Origin: Chiloscyllium plagiosum
Lineage: Eukaryota
Direction: 5' to 3'
Assembly: GCF_004010195.1 (NCBI RefSeq)
Contig: NC_057718.1
Location: 39,415,143 to 39,473,663, forward strand
DNA length: 58,521 nt
Shown here piece after piece: positions 1 to 12,089 of this stretch; the stretch's first letter is position 1, and every line of letters begins with the position of its first letter. A model generated the notes under the pieces. The model was not told where the DNA came from. It made no database searches and saw only the letters and a list, made by a program, of their open reading frames with translations. Both the position numbers and the translations under genes were made by a program.

Positions 1-1134
1 ATGTTTCATCACCCTACTAGGTAACATCTTCAGTGGGCCTCAGGCGAAGCAGTGTACATGATTCCTGCTTTCTATTTATATGTTTGGGTTTCTTTGGATT
101 GGTGATGTCATTTCCTGTTCTTTTTCTCAGGGGATGGTAAATGGGGTCTAACTCGATGTGCTTGTTGATAGAGTTCTGGTTGGAATGCCATGCTTCTAGG
201 AATTCTCGTGTGTGTCTCTGTTTGGTTTGTCCTAAAATAGATGTGATGTCCCAATTCAAGTGGTGTCCTTCCTTATCTGTATGTAAGGATACTAGTAAGA
301 GAGGGTCATGTCGTTTTGTGGCTAGTTGGTGTTCATGTATCCTGGTGGCTAGTTTTCTGCCTGTTTGTCCAATGTAGTATTTGTTACAGTCCTTGCACGG
401 TATTTTGTAAATGACATCAGTTTTGCTTGTTGTCTGTATAGGGTCTTTCAAGTTCATTAGCTGCTGTTTTAGTGTGTTGGTGGGTTTGTGGGCTACCATG
501 ATGCCAAGGGGTCTGAGTAGCCTGGCAGTCATTTCCGAGATGTCAGACCTCTTGGCATCATGATAGCCCACAAACCCACTGACACACTAAAACAGCAGCT
601 AATGAACTTGAAAGACCCTATACAGACAACAAGCAAAACTAATGTCATTTACAAAATACCGTGCAAGAACGGTCACAAACATTACATTGGACAAACAGGC
701 AGAAAACTAGCCACCAAGATACGTGAACACCAATTAGCCACAAAACGGCATGGCCCTCTCTCACTAGTATCCTAACATACAGGAAAGGAAGGACCACTTC
801 AACTGGGACAACACATCCATTTTAGGACAAAACAAACAGAGACACGGACGAGAATTCCTAGAAGCATGGCATTCCAACCAAAACTCTATCAACAAACACA
901 TCGAGTTAGACCTCATCTACCATTCCCTGAGAAAAATAGGAAATGACATCACCAACACAAAGAAACCCAAACACATTAATAGAAAGCAGGAATCATGTAC
1001 ACTCCTTCACCTGAGGCCCACTAAAGATGTTACCTAGTAGGGTGATGAAACATCTGGAAATGAACCTTCCAGCTCAGCAAGCAAACCTACATCCAGAACC
1101 TCAACCTGAACTACAAATCTTCTCAAAACTCGCT
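1..1134. mobile_element. Penelope-like element 3' end (GIY-YIG endonuclease plus pLTR) as an inverted pair; left arm minus 1-~543, right arm plus ~544-1134
   Basis: ORFs 17..571(-) and 560..775(+) both carry a GIY-YIG motif (VIYKIPCKDCNKYYIGQTGRKLATRIHEH in the minus arm). The arms are reverse complements meeting at ~543. The right arm has a premature stop and the left arm runs off the window. Confidence 0.9.
1018..1057 (+). ncRNA. Decayed minimal type I hammerhead ribozyme in the Penelope pLTR (mirror copy on minus at 1-36)
   Basis: CCA-CU(A/G)AAGA-U-GUUACC-UAGUAG-GGUGAU-GAAA-CA-UC-UGG. The minus copy keeps CUGAAGA and overlaps the ORF stop codon (PTEDVT*). Confidence 0.7.
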
Positions 1135-1950
1135 AAAATATGCTTTTTTCATAATCATGAGAAGATGCTCACAAAATGTTGTTTATAAATGTTTTAATAT
1201 GCTATTAGGTGATTTTTAGAAGACTGTTCTTCACAAAGAAATGAGTTATAGTTGAAACTAGCAACCTTTATACCAAAACCATGCTGAAGTTTGGATTTTG
1301 CCAGATTTTCAGTCCAGCATTTGGAGTGCAGAATAAAGCAGCACACAAAACAACCTGGTCAATAAACAGCCTGGAGCTACATTGTGCATTCCTGTCTGAA
1401 TTAGTCAGACAAGATTTTATTTTAATCTTCTTCAATTAAAATTGATACAAAGTTCTGGTTTTTAGGTAATTCCAGTTTCTGTAACCAGTTGTCCCTGCAT
1501 CTATAAATGTGATCATGTTAGTGAATCATTTCAGGTTTTTGAAAGCCAAGGTTTAAATTCATTAGAGGTCAATACCCTTAACGTATAACTGAAAATATGA
1601 CATGAATCACTTATTATAAAATGCAAGAAATCAACAGTAATTTAAAATTTATTTACACAACCACACAGAAAAATTATTTTCTAGGTATCTCTACAAATAG
1701 CATTTTTGAACTTTAAAAGTCACTGGAAATTTCTACTGGGTATCGTTAGAAGCTGACAAATGAAGAACGTGCATGCCTTCTTTCAAACCAGCCACTTGTT
1801 ACTAATAAATTAAGAGTGAATATTAAAATATGTTCAAGTTCATAAGAGTATTCCTTATATTTGTAACCTTTATAGCATACAGAATAATAGTGTCCCAGAA
1901 CACATTTTATTATGAACATAAAGTAAAAATGCTGTCACATTTTTTAATAC

Positions 1951-2074
1951 CTGCAAGTACTGCTTTTTTGCATAACCTCTGCTCGATGGTATCCAGACAG
2001 TTTGCAGAACCCATCATTACTGTATACAATAGGCCAGTCCACTATTTGGGCATTCCCAAGCACAAAATTTGTAT
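1951..2074 (-). CDS. KCNH1: KCNH1 coding exon 2 (124 bp), PAS domain
   Basis: Acceptor ctttctttttctgcag| and donor |gtatta. Continues exon 1 in frame as [41 protein letters not shown](S). The residues NDTNFV, PIVY and RAEV match KCNH1 rather than KCNH5 (SESSFL, PVVY, RADV). Confidence 0.96.
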
Positions 2075-2126
2075 CTGCAGAAAAAGAAAGTAGATTTATA
2101 AATATCTTATTTTCACAGGACATTAT

Positions 2127-2417
2127 TAGATTACTTACAGTATGGAAACAGGCTCTTCAGCCCAACAAGTCCACACCAACCCTCCGAAGAGCAACCCATC
2201 CAGAGCACCCTATTCCCCTACATTTACCCCTTCACCTAACACTGCGGGCAATTTAGCATGGCCAATTCACCTAACTTGCACATTTTTGGACTGTGGGAGG
2301 AAACCGGAGCACCCGGAGGAAACCCACGCAAAATTTGCAAACTCCACACAGACAGTCGCCTGAGGTCTCTGGTTCTGTGAGGCAGCAGTGCTTATCACTG
2401 TGCTACCATGCCGCCCA
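2127..2417 (-). mobile_element. HE1-type tRNA-derived V-SINE
   Basis: tRNA-like head gggcggcatggtagcacagtg, V-domain gggtttcctccgggtgctccggtttcctcccacagtccaaa and a taatcta tail; homologous to 22037-22366 and 48248-48566. Confidence 0.85.
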
Positions 2418-2469
2418 TTATGTTTGTCCAATACCTTGAAGGGTGCAGAGAGCAATGTATACACACATA

Positions 2470-4060
2470 GCACCAACTCACCAAGGATTCTTTGGCAGCA
2501 GCTTCTAAATGCTTGACATCTACCATCTAACTTAACAAGGGAAACAACAGCATTGAAAGACCAGCCCCTATGATTTGTTCTCCAGCTACACACCATCCTG
2601 ACTTGGACCTACATTGCCATTCCATGACTGCCACTGGGTCACGTGGACATATGAGCTAGGAGCAGGAATAGGCCAACTGGTCTCTCAAGCCTGCTCCACC
2701 ATTTGATAATATCAGGTTATCTCAACTTCACTTTCCTGGCTTATTTCTGTACCCTTTGACTCTCTCATTAATCAAGAATCTATCTACCTCTCCCTTCAAA
2801 ATATTCAAAGACCTTGCTTCCACCTCACTCTGTTGAAGAGAATTCCATAGACCTTCATCTCTCAGAGAGGAATATCATTCTCATCTCTGATTTAACTGCA
2901 TGACCACTTATTTTTGAACAACGTCTCCTAGTTCTTATCTCTCCCTTCAGTTGGAAACATCCTTCCAGCATCTTCCCTGTCAAGTCTCCTTAAATTCCCA
3001 CATATTACAATAAAATCAAGTCAATTTGCCAAGCTCCAGTGAATACAGGCCAAGCCGTCCAACCTATTTGCATAAGGTAATGCTTTCATCCCAGGAATCA
3101 GTCAAGTGAACATTTTCTGAATTGCCTGACCACAATCTCAAGGCACAAGATATATATGGAAATAAATGGGAACATCATACCCGCAAGTTGTCCTGTAAGT
3201 CCCTTACTGTTCTGAATTGGAAATATATCACCATACTTTCAGTGTCACTGGGTCAAAATCCGGGAACTCCTTCCCTAACAGCACAGTAGCAGTGTGTACA
3301 CCAATTGGACTATAGCAGCTCAGCACCCCCATCTCACGAGCAACTAGCTAGAGATGGGAAATAAATGCTGACCCAAGAATGGCTTCCTATCTATGGTTAC
3401 ATGGTCTGATCACTCATCTACCATGCACCACTTGCTTTTATCCACACCCGCTGCAATGGCTGAAGATGTTCCATTTCCTGATTACCTGTCTCAATCACAA
3501 TCACAATTACCTGTTCCTTATCATGCATAAAACTAGATGACCCTAACCAAAGAGTTAGGTGCCATCTGAGACAAACTATCCAGGTACTTTTCCCCTCCTT
3601 GATGCACCACAACATTTGTACTTCAGTCTCCAGTTCAAATACGGAGCCAATGTTCTTTAAGCATCAGATGCTTACTGCTGACATGGTTTTTATGGATCAC
3701 AGTGCAGATCCACCAGATCCCACATTTTACAGCTGCAAAACATCACTGCCCTGTCAATTTATTTTGTTCATTTACTTATTTTAAAAAATATTTTATAATG
3801 AATAAATAAATACAATTAGTATTGTGAATAAATACTACAATCACGATTAGTAAACATTGGTACAAATTAAAACCTACAATTAGGAACAATTAACCAATAA
3901 ACTACCTCTTTAACTCCCTTTCAAACAGCACTGTGTGTGTACCTACACCACGTGAACTGTAACAGTTTAGGTGGGGAGCTCACTATCGCCTTCGCAAAGG
4001 CAATTAAGAATGGGCGATAAATGCTGGCCTAGCAAACAATGGCCACATCCCATGAAAGAA
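2470..4060 (+). mobile_element. Fragments of an old non-LTR (CR1/L2-group) 3' end at ~2470-2641, ~3130-3375 and ~3912-4060
   Basis: Shared motifs cactgggtca(aaatc), aactcc..aacagcac and gatggg..ataaatgctg; the same family occurs on minus at 11380-11810. Confidence 0.55.
2648..3125 (-). mobile_element. CR1 LINE 3' fragment
   Basis: Reverse-strand CR1 3' end (aggagcaggaataggcc...aagcctgctccaccatt...gagaattccatagac), degenerate. Confidence 0.7.
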
Positions 4061-4258
4061 TAAAAGCAAATACGTCTAATAATCAAGTACATCAAGCAAC
4101 CAGTTTCACCTTTAATTTCCCAGTAGAACTAACTTTAAAATAGATTAAGATTTAATCACTGATTGCAGTAGTTGAACAAATGTATTAGGTTTAGAATACT
4201 TATAAGGCGATTTTGACTTCTATTAATTTAAATGGAAATCAAAAGAAATGCTGATATT

Positions 4259-4612
4259 TTTAATCAACCTGCTTAGGCCTGTTATTGACAAGTCTTTGAA
4301 CAGGTGAGACTTAAACCCAGGCCTTCTAGCCCAAAGGTAGGGACCATACTACCTTAGCACAAGAGCCCTAACCTTCGAGTAAAACGTATCTATTCTAATC
4401 AACCTGTTCAGACACACATCTGGGATGGACTTAAACCCAGGCCTCCTGGTAAGGACACTGTTACTGTGCTACAAGACCAGTCTCAAAAGTTAGGTATATT
4501 TTCCATACTTTCTAATCTACCTGTTCACCTATACATCTCTGTAGCAAGTGGCACTTGAACCCAGGACTCCAGGTTCACAGAAGAGATACGACCACTGCAT
4601 TACCAGAGCCCC
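4259..4612 (-). repeat. Three head-to-tail diverged tRNA-derived short repeat units (~120-135 bp period)
   Basis: Recurring taatc(a/t)acctg..., actt(a/g)aacccagg and agagccc/agacc. The minus strand has A-box-like and B-box-like (ggttcaagtgcc) motifs. Confidence 0.65.
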
Positions 4613-6070
4613 TAATAGAAATGTATAACAGGTACTGAATCAGTGTCACCTGCTTTCTGATATCACCCAAAGTCAAAATTACACCTTTTTTCTTTAAGCT
4701 TTAGGTCGCAATGTTTCAATCTAACCCAACTGTTGAAATAAAAAATTATTTACATGTTTGGCAGGTAAATTTATCGCATTTCTATGCGATGAATGTTACT
4801 TACAGAAGAGTTATACAGAACCAAGGAAAAATAAATAACTAATGCAATTTGAAAACAAACGAGTAAATATATTTCTGCTGCATACTCTTGACTTTGATTT
4901 TAAACAACGAAGGAAGTCAGAAAAGGAAAGGCAGAAACTCTTCCCACAATGTTTCAAACATTCTTACAGACAGAAGGTGTGCAGAGAAATGAAGGGAAGA
5001 AAGAAGAAAACCAAAGATAAATACGTCAGATACTGAAAATCAAGAGAAAAACTGAACTGGGACCACAGTGAACAGGACATCTTATTAGCCAATACAATTT
5101 AATTTTCAGGAACTAACCAATGGAAATGAGATGAAAATAAAACATTAAAAAAACACTTTGATCTCATTAAACAATTCAAACCTGAATGAATGAAACCCCA
5201 CTGTTATCATAGTATTCAATGTCAGAGAGGTTGATTGGCAGTCATGAACACATGAAAAGATACTTGCACCAAGAATGAACCTCGCCTATAATCAATAGTA
5301 TGAACAGTTAAATCAGGAAGCCTGTGGTCAGCCACAGTGAAAATTAATTTAAATTATCTTGCCACAGTGGTTAGCCATGAGTGGTTACTTCAATGTAGCA
5401 CATTCAGAACTTCCAAAAGCTGCAAGTTACTCTTAAACAATTTGAAATAACAGATCCTGTTTCTTTTCAAGAAGCATTAAATCTACATTTAATAGGAATG
5501 AAATGCTTTTATTGTTACTTAAGGTTCAAGAACACTATTTATATTGGCATGGTGACAGAGATGGAAGGAACCACTATGTCCCAATAAATACTGCATCACA
5601 CTAACAGTTGAGGAGTTCTGGTGTAGTTTCTAAAATGGTAATATTTCATAACTCTGATAAACAAAGAGATCAAGCCCTTAACTTGACATGCTCAATGTAA
5701 TACTATATATACACTTTTCCCATTTAAAACAAACACTATAAGTACATATCTTGTTACAACTACATATCTCAACTTATCCTTTATTTTATCTCCTTTTTAC
5801 TTGTATAAAAATGTAACTGATCCCAACTAGTCTGGTTGTTTACAAGCTTAATTCCACTTTCCCATCTTCTCATTAATAAGACTTGCCTCTACTTGTTTAA
5901 TTTTCATGAAGCTTTGACAGAATTTCATCTAAGTAAAACAAGGAAATAGTATTATACCCTGTTTCGGAAATTCTTGTGTGAACAGGAAAATCAATTGTGT
6001 GTCTGCTAAAACAATCAAACTGAGTATGTCAAACAAGCTTTACAGAGGCTAAACCAGGAAGTGTGTAAAG

Positions 6071-6750
6071 TGTGACAATACTGTGCCTTTAAGAGATGTA
6101 TTGTGTCCTGTTTCTCCTACAAAGGAATATTGTCACAGTGGTGTAGAAATGTCTCCTTCAGACAGGCAGTTGGTTAAACAGCTCGAGTTCTCCCTGGGTT
6201 TCTTTTTTTTTTGAGACAAAAATGTCATAAGTGGTGGGGTCAGGGCTCCCATGAGCCAGGAAGGCTTTTAGTTTTGCTTTCAGTCAGTTGAAGGTTTCTG
6301 CTAGCTGCTAGAGTGACATCTTAGACAGCGACGCTTCCTCCTAAACAAAAATCAAATGTGGCAGACTGTTTCTTTCTTCTGGATTGGAGAGAGATAGCAC
6401 GTGACTATCATAACTGTTTTGCTGCATAGCATTTTTTGCCAAAGGGTGTGTTTATGGGATGCAGCCTGTATTGGAACAATTGATGATCAATCATTAAATA
6501 ATACATTATTTTGTTAGGTATTTCAATTGAGTAAAGTTATGCCAATTTTTTTTTGCATTCTAACTGTGTTATAATAATAAAATGTGTTTTGACCAAAGCC
6601 TAGTGGTGAACCAATCAAATCACATTTGGTACACAGCATTTTACACTTGCCTTTAAATAAATATTAAAGTTAGGGTTGAGGTTATCTCATTACAATACTT
6701 TGGCAGGAGTTGAGGGTGGAGGGAGAAGGATGATGGTCTGGTCTGTAAGT
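6071..6750 (+). mobile_element. Probable solo LTR
   Basis: Starts tgtgaca..tgcctttaaga, has an internal aataaa and an LTR-like composition; no TSD confirmed. Confidence 0.4.
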
Positions 6751-7242
6751 GGGCTTGTCTAGTGTGATGTGGTCCATAAGTAAACTAAGGAATGTAAATT
6801 ACAATGTCAAATCAAGTAGGGAAAGAAAAATAACAAGAGATAGAAATATAGACTGATTCAGAAAGGTGAAGATAAAGGTTTATTTTAAATCCCTAGCAAC
6901 AATTTAAACCTGAAGAGATGAGATGTCCCTGAGGGTAAACCACGTTTTAAAAATACAATAATACTTAGAAATGAAGGTACTGATCATATTAAACATTTTT
7001 TCTAAGTATGCGAGATAAAGCAGGCCAGTAATGTTTTGCAAGTTTTCCTGTTTGTAAACTTCTGGGTTTAAATTTGTAATAGTCCATAGTCAGTGCCAGA
7101 GAGACTATTTAGTAGCAATAAACTTTTCAGTCCATTGAAAGAAGACTTAAACTGAAATGGACAAGTCATAGCTATCTGAGGTGAATTTAGTTTGTATTTG
7201 CTATGCAAACACAGAAATGCCATTGTACATTCAATCACTAAA

Positions 7243-7445
7243 TGAATCAGAGAATCCCTACAATGTGGAAGCAGGTCATTTGGCCCATCGAGTCGACACT
7301 GATCATCCGAAGACCATCTACCCAGACCGACACCCCTACCCTATTCCTGTAACCTCACATATCCTATAGCTAATCAACCTAGTTTGCACATCACTGAAAC
7401 TTTAGGCAATTGAGCATTGCCAATCCACCTAATCTACACATCTTT
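7243..7445 (-). mobile_element. HE1-like SINE 3' fragment
   Basis: aatccctacaatgtggaagcagg...gccaatccacctaatctacacatcttt; similar to 49437-49798. Confidence 0.7.
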
Positions 7446-8920
7446 AACTCCATTTTGCTACTTTTTCCCCATAACCTTTTATTTCTTCACTGAATTAAAA
7501 TCTGTCAATCTTAGCCTTAATTATATTTAATGACACAGCCTCAACAACCCTTTTCATTCAAGATTTCCACAGTCATTATCCTCAGAGAAGCAATTCCTCC
7601 TCATCCCTGTTGTAAATGTGCAATCCCTTATTCTGAGATTATGGCCTCTATTCCTAGTTTAGACTCATCCATAAAATGAACAATGTTTCTTCATCGACCT
7701 CGTCAATTCCCCTAAAAATCTTATACTTCCTATAGAAGATCACCTCTCATTTTTCTATATTCCAATGAATAGAGGCTGTTTCCTCCTTACCTGGTATCAG
7801 TCGAGTGACCCTTCGCTCAACTATGTCCAATGCCAGTACATCTTTCCTTAATTAAGGGGCCCAAAACTATTTACACTATTCCAGCTGTGGTTTGACAAGT
7901 GCCTCCCTACTATTATGTTAACATCATATGTGCTTTCTTTATTGCTGCTAAACTTGTATAATAGCTTTTTGTGATCCACGGACAAGGACTCTCAAATTCC
8001 TCTCTTCTGTAGCCTTTTGCAGGTTTTCGTCATTTAAATAATAATTAGTTCCACTCTTCTTCTTGCTGAAGTGCATAACTTCACATTTTCCCACATAATA
8101 ATCCATCTGCCAAATTTTTGCCCACTTGCTTAAGCTGTTTATATCTCTCTGCAGAGTCTTTGTGTCATCTTCACCAATTGCCTTTATATCTACTTTTGTG
8201 TCAACCGCAGACTTGGCTACAGAATATTCACTTTCCTCCTCAAAGTCACTAATATATATTGTTAATAGAGTCATAGAGAATTACAGCACAGAAACAGACC
8301 CTTCAGTCCAACTCGTCCATGCCAACCAGATATCCCAACCCAATCCAGTCCCACCTGCTAGCACCTGGCCCATATCCCTCCAAACCCTTCCTAATCATAT
8401 ACCCATCCAGATGCCTTTTAAATGTTGCAATTGTACTAGCCTCCACCCTTCCTCTAGTAGCTCATTCCATACACGTACCTGTTTCCTGTGGCATTCCACT
8501 GGTTACAAGTTGTCATCCTGATATGCCCCCACCCTTTAACCCAATTCTCTGTGTTTTATTAATCAGCAAATCCTTTATCCACGCTAATACTTTATTAAAT
8601 AGCTTAATGTGTGATGCCTCATGAAATACCTTCTGAAAATCCAAACATATTACATCCACACTTCCCTTTTATCTACACTATTTGTTACCTCTGCAAAGAA
8701 TTCAAATACATTTGCCACATATGATTTCCCCTATATGAAGCCATGCTGACTCAGCTTCATCATTTTATGCATTTCTAAATGTTCTGTAATGATATCCTTT
8801 ATAACAGACTCAAATATTTTCTCAAATAATAGGTGTTGAATTAACTGACCTGCAGCAACTGTTTTTTTTCTTTCCCTTTTTAAATAAAAGTGTTACACGG
8901 GCAGTTTTCCAATCCTCTGG
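7446..8920 (-). mobile_element. Decayed CR1 LINE (RT to 3'UTR) with a younger CR1 3' end nested at ~8266-8477
   Basis: ORF 7948..8274 (AVDTKVD...LQRDINSLSKWAKIWQMDYYVGKCEVMHF) is CR1 RT-like. The nested piece begins atagagtcatagag...acagaaacagaccc. Confidence 0.85.
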
Positions 8921-8928
8921 GATATTTT

Positions 8929-9380
8929 GGGTGGCATGATGGCTCAGTGGTTAGCATTGCTGCCTCACAGGTTTGATTCCAGTCGCTGGCATCTGTCTGT
9001 GTGGATTGTGCACACTCTCCCTGTGTTTGCATGGGTTTCCTCCAGGTGCTTAAAAATGTTGATTCTCCTTCTCCTTTGATGCTGCCTGACCTGCTGCGCT
9101 TTTCCAGCAACACATTTTTAAGCTCTGATTTCCAGCATCTGAAGTCCTCACTATTTCCTCCAGGTGCTCCGGTTTCCTCCGCAGTCCAAAGATGTGCAGG
9201 TTAGGTGAACTGGACATGATAAATTGCCCCATAGTGTCCAGGGATGTGCAGGCTAGGTGGATTTACCATGGGAAGTGCAGGGTTACAGGAATAGGGTAGG
9301 GGGATGTGTCTGGATGGGAGGGTAAGTGTAGACTTGATGGGCTGAATGCTCTTCTTTCACACTGTAGGATTCTATGATTT
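8929..9380 (+). mobile_element. HE1-type SINE interrupted at 9051-9153
   Basis: Head gggtggcatgatggctcagtggttagc, V-domain and ttctatgatt tail. Confidence 0.85.
9051..9153 (+). mobile_element. Short hammerhead-family (family D) insertion, truncated within the ribozyme core, 15-bp TSD
   Basis: TSD tttcctccaggtgct at 9036-9050 and 9154-9168; body homologous to 11058-11152, 43822-43943 and 57870-57994. Confidence 0.8.
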
Positions 9381-9689
9381 CCAGAATCTAACATCAGACA
9401 GGCAGCAGAGTTAAACAGTTTCTTTTAAGAAATGCTCATTAGGTGAGACAATAATTCACTACAGTTTTGTATTTGAAATTAGAGACATCACACTACCACG
9501 TTTGGTACTTTGGTCTAAACTATTTTTGATTATAACTTCCCAAACTGCATTGACACTGAGAGGGAAAGTGGATTTTTTTTCAATGCTGAATAAAGGGATT
9601 GGTGAAGGGGAGAACAAGGATATTTGACGGAATACAGTAGTTCACCAAAAGACCACTGCTCTATTTACTGCCCTCTGACTCCCTAGCTG

Positions 9690-10400
9690 GAAGATGTTTG
9701 GCTGGCCACATACTTTATGTTGTTCCTGGTAGCCCCAGAGCTTTGTTAGTGAGAGATGTCATCAGTAAGATATCAAGGAATCAGCCCCTGGCCTACAACA
9801 GCCATCCTCTTCTGTTTCTGGATCAATAAAAAGTGGAAAGGTCAGTGCAAGTCACATAATGGTGTTGTGGCAGCTGCCAACACAATTGGCACAAACTTCC
9901 ATTATCCTTCTGCAGCGATCACATCAATGGAGCAAAAATCCTTATCGCTCACATGAGCTGGTAGTTCATCTTCTGATGCACTTTTGACCTCATGAACACT
10001 GCATATTATTCTCTGGAGATGAAGAGAGATGGCCATTGTTAAAAAATGCATAGATCTCTCAGTCCTGCTTTGATATCCACTGTCAAGAAGATGAAGAAAC
10101 AGAAATATGAAAGGTCTGACCTTCATTCATTTAGTAAAATGAAGAATTAAAATTACCTGATGGAAGCTTTTAAAATTATGAATGGGTCAGAGGAAGGGTG
10201 AAACCTTCTGCCCTTGTTCATGGAAAACCTGGAGGTGGGAAGGGCATTACTTAGAGGAATGGTGTCACTGACTTACACCTCGCCATTTTCCTGCATCCAC
10301 AAAAAATAAGTGCTGGCCAACCATCCTATCCTGTCACTGAATGAGACAACACAAGGACCCCTTAAGTGTCTCATCACCTGCTGCTGCAAATAATCCAGCC
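9690..10400 (-). mobile_element. Highly decayed PIF/Harbinger transposase remnant
   Basis: Minus-strand pieces KDFCSIDV, MEVCANCVGSCHNTI and GWLL*ARG*FLDILLMTSL echo the HARBI1-family motifs RKGFHSINV, VCARYPGSCHD and GWLLGDKGYPL..WLMTP. Confidence 0.6.
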
Positions 10401-10910
10401 GCAAGCAGGCCTGTACCCAGTGTGGCCAGCAGTCAAACATCACAGACACCCATGCCACTTGCCACCTCTAGGTGTAGTGAAGGATCCTCAAAGACAAAGA
10501 CAATCAATGCCTGACCAAGGGACTGGACAGGATGAAAGGTGGGGACTGAAGCAAACTACCTCCTACCCTTCCTTCTTTCCTTCCAACCTCTCAACCCCTC
10601 TCCCCACTGAGCATCCAACTGCATTCCAGATTGAGAACAGAGATGTATCTCCTGTGTTTCAACAGTTGAAGCAATAATTAACAAAGCCCACAAGTATTGC
10701 TTGTGACTGCTGGACAAAACCTAGAAGCTGCAAGACGACAGTAGAATTCCCTTATGATTATATTGTGAAATCACCCTTCCATACTTTATTTATGTGTATC
10801 CTGGGTCCTAGTCCTCCACAATCCTAGGACTCCAGACGCAGCGAAATGGGGCTAATTTACTTTGGGAAACTTGGTCAACATGGACGAGTTTCCATTTCCA
10901 CACTGTATGA

Positions 10911-10938
10911 TGTGTGTGTGTGTGTGTGTGTGTGTGTG
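10911..10938. repeat. (TG)n microsatellite
   Basis: Direct read. Confidence 0.95.
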
Positions 10939-11057
10939 TTGTGTGCGCGTGCGCACCATGATCTCATTGAATGGCAGTGTAGTTTTCATGAGCTAAATGG
11001 TCTAATGGACCACCTGGCAGTAGCAGATACAATGGGAGGAGGCTCATTCAGAATATA

Positions 11058-11252
11058 GCTGAAAATGTGTTGCTGGGAAAGCGCAGCAGGTCAGGCAGCA
11101 TCCAAGGAGCAGGAGAATTGACGTTTCGGGCATGAGCCCTTCTTCAGGAATCAGGTATGTTTAATTCTTCATTTTACTAAATGAATGAAGGTCAGACCTT
11201 TCATATTTCTGTTTCTTCATCTTCTTGACAGTGGATATGAAAGCAGGAATTC
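11058..11252 (-). mobile_element. Family D hammerhead element plus a captured inverted copy of 10063-10161, 15-bp TSD
   Basis: TSD ctcattcagaatata at 11043-11057 and 11253-11267. Hammerhead on minus at 11115-11152: GAUUC-CUGAAGA-A-GGGC-UCAU-GCCC-GAAA-CG-UC-AAUUC. Confidence 0.88.
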
Positions 11253-11379
11253 CTCATTCAGAATATAAACAATTGCACACACTGGTAATGCTGAATGGTC
11301 TGTTTCCATGCTGTAAATTCAGGACAGTTCTCTGTAACAAATGCCAGATGTGACGGATAGTAAGTTCTTAAATTGGGGT

Positions 11380-11810
11380 AATGCTGACTGGGCCAGCAAT
11401 TATAGCCCATTTCTATCTACCATCAAGACGACGCTGATGACCTGACTTCTTCAACTTCTATAATCCATTTGGTGCAGGTAGACCTACATTAGGGAGGGAG
11501 TTCCAAGATTTTTACCCAGTGACACTGAAGGAATGACAATATTTTTCCAAGTCAGGATGGTGAGTGGGTTGAAGGGGAATTTGCCGGTTGTGGTACTCCT
11601 ATGTATTTGTTGCTGTTGTCCTTCTAGATGATAATGGTTGTGGCTATGAAAGGTGCTTTCTAAAGAGTCTTGGTGAAATTTTACAGTGCATCTTGTCGGT
11701 GGTACATATTGTTGTTACTGAACTTTGGTTATGAAGGGAGTGTATGTTTATGAATGAAGTGCCAATCAAGTGGCTGCTTTGTTCTGAATGGTATCACGCT
11801 TCTCAGGTCT
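11380..11810 (-). mobile_element. Old non-LTR (CR1/L2-group) 3' end
   Basis: Reverse complement of the family at 3130-3375 (gggagttccaagatttttacccagtgacactgaaggaatg). Confidence 0.6.
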
Positions 11811-12089
11811 GATGTCCTCTTTGTATTCCTCCAGCAGATTAAGGGGACCTTGAGAAAGATGTTGATGGCCAAGCACCCTATTTCACCCTATTTCCTATAA
11901 AAAGGTACAGCACTCATATCCAGAGAATTTATATAATAAACATTGAGAGTGACAGTGAAGTTTTGACAAACTGTTCCAGAAAATCTCCCAATGTATTTCA
12001 AAAGAACTTTATCAAATCTCTGATTAAATATGGTCTACAGAGGAAGTTCAAGAATAATACAAGAGATTTCTAATCTTGCCATATAGTAT

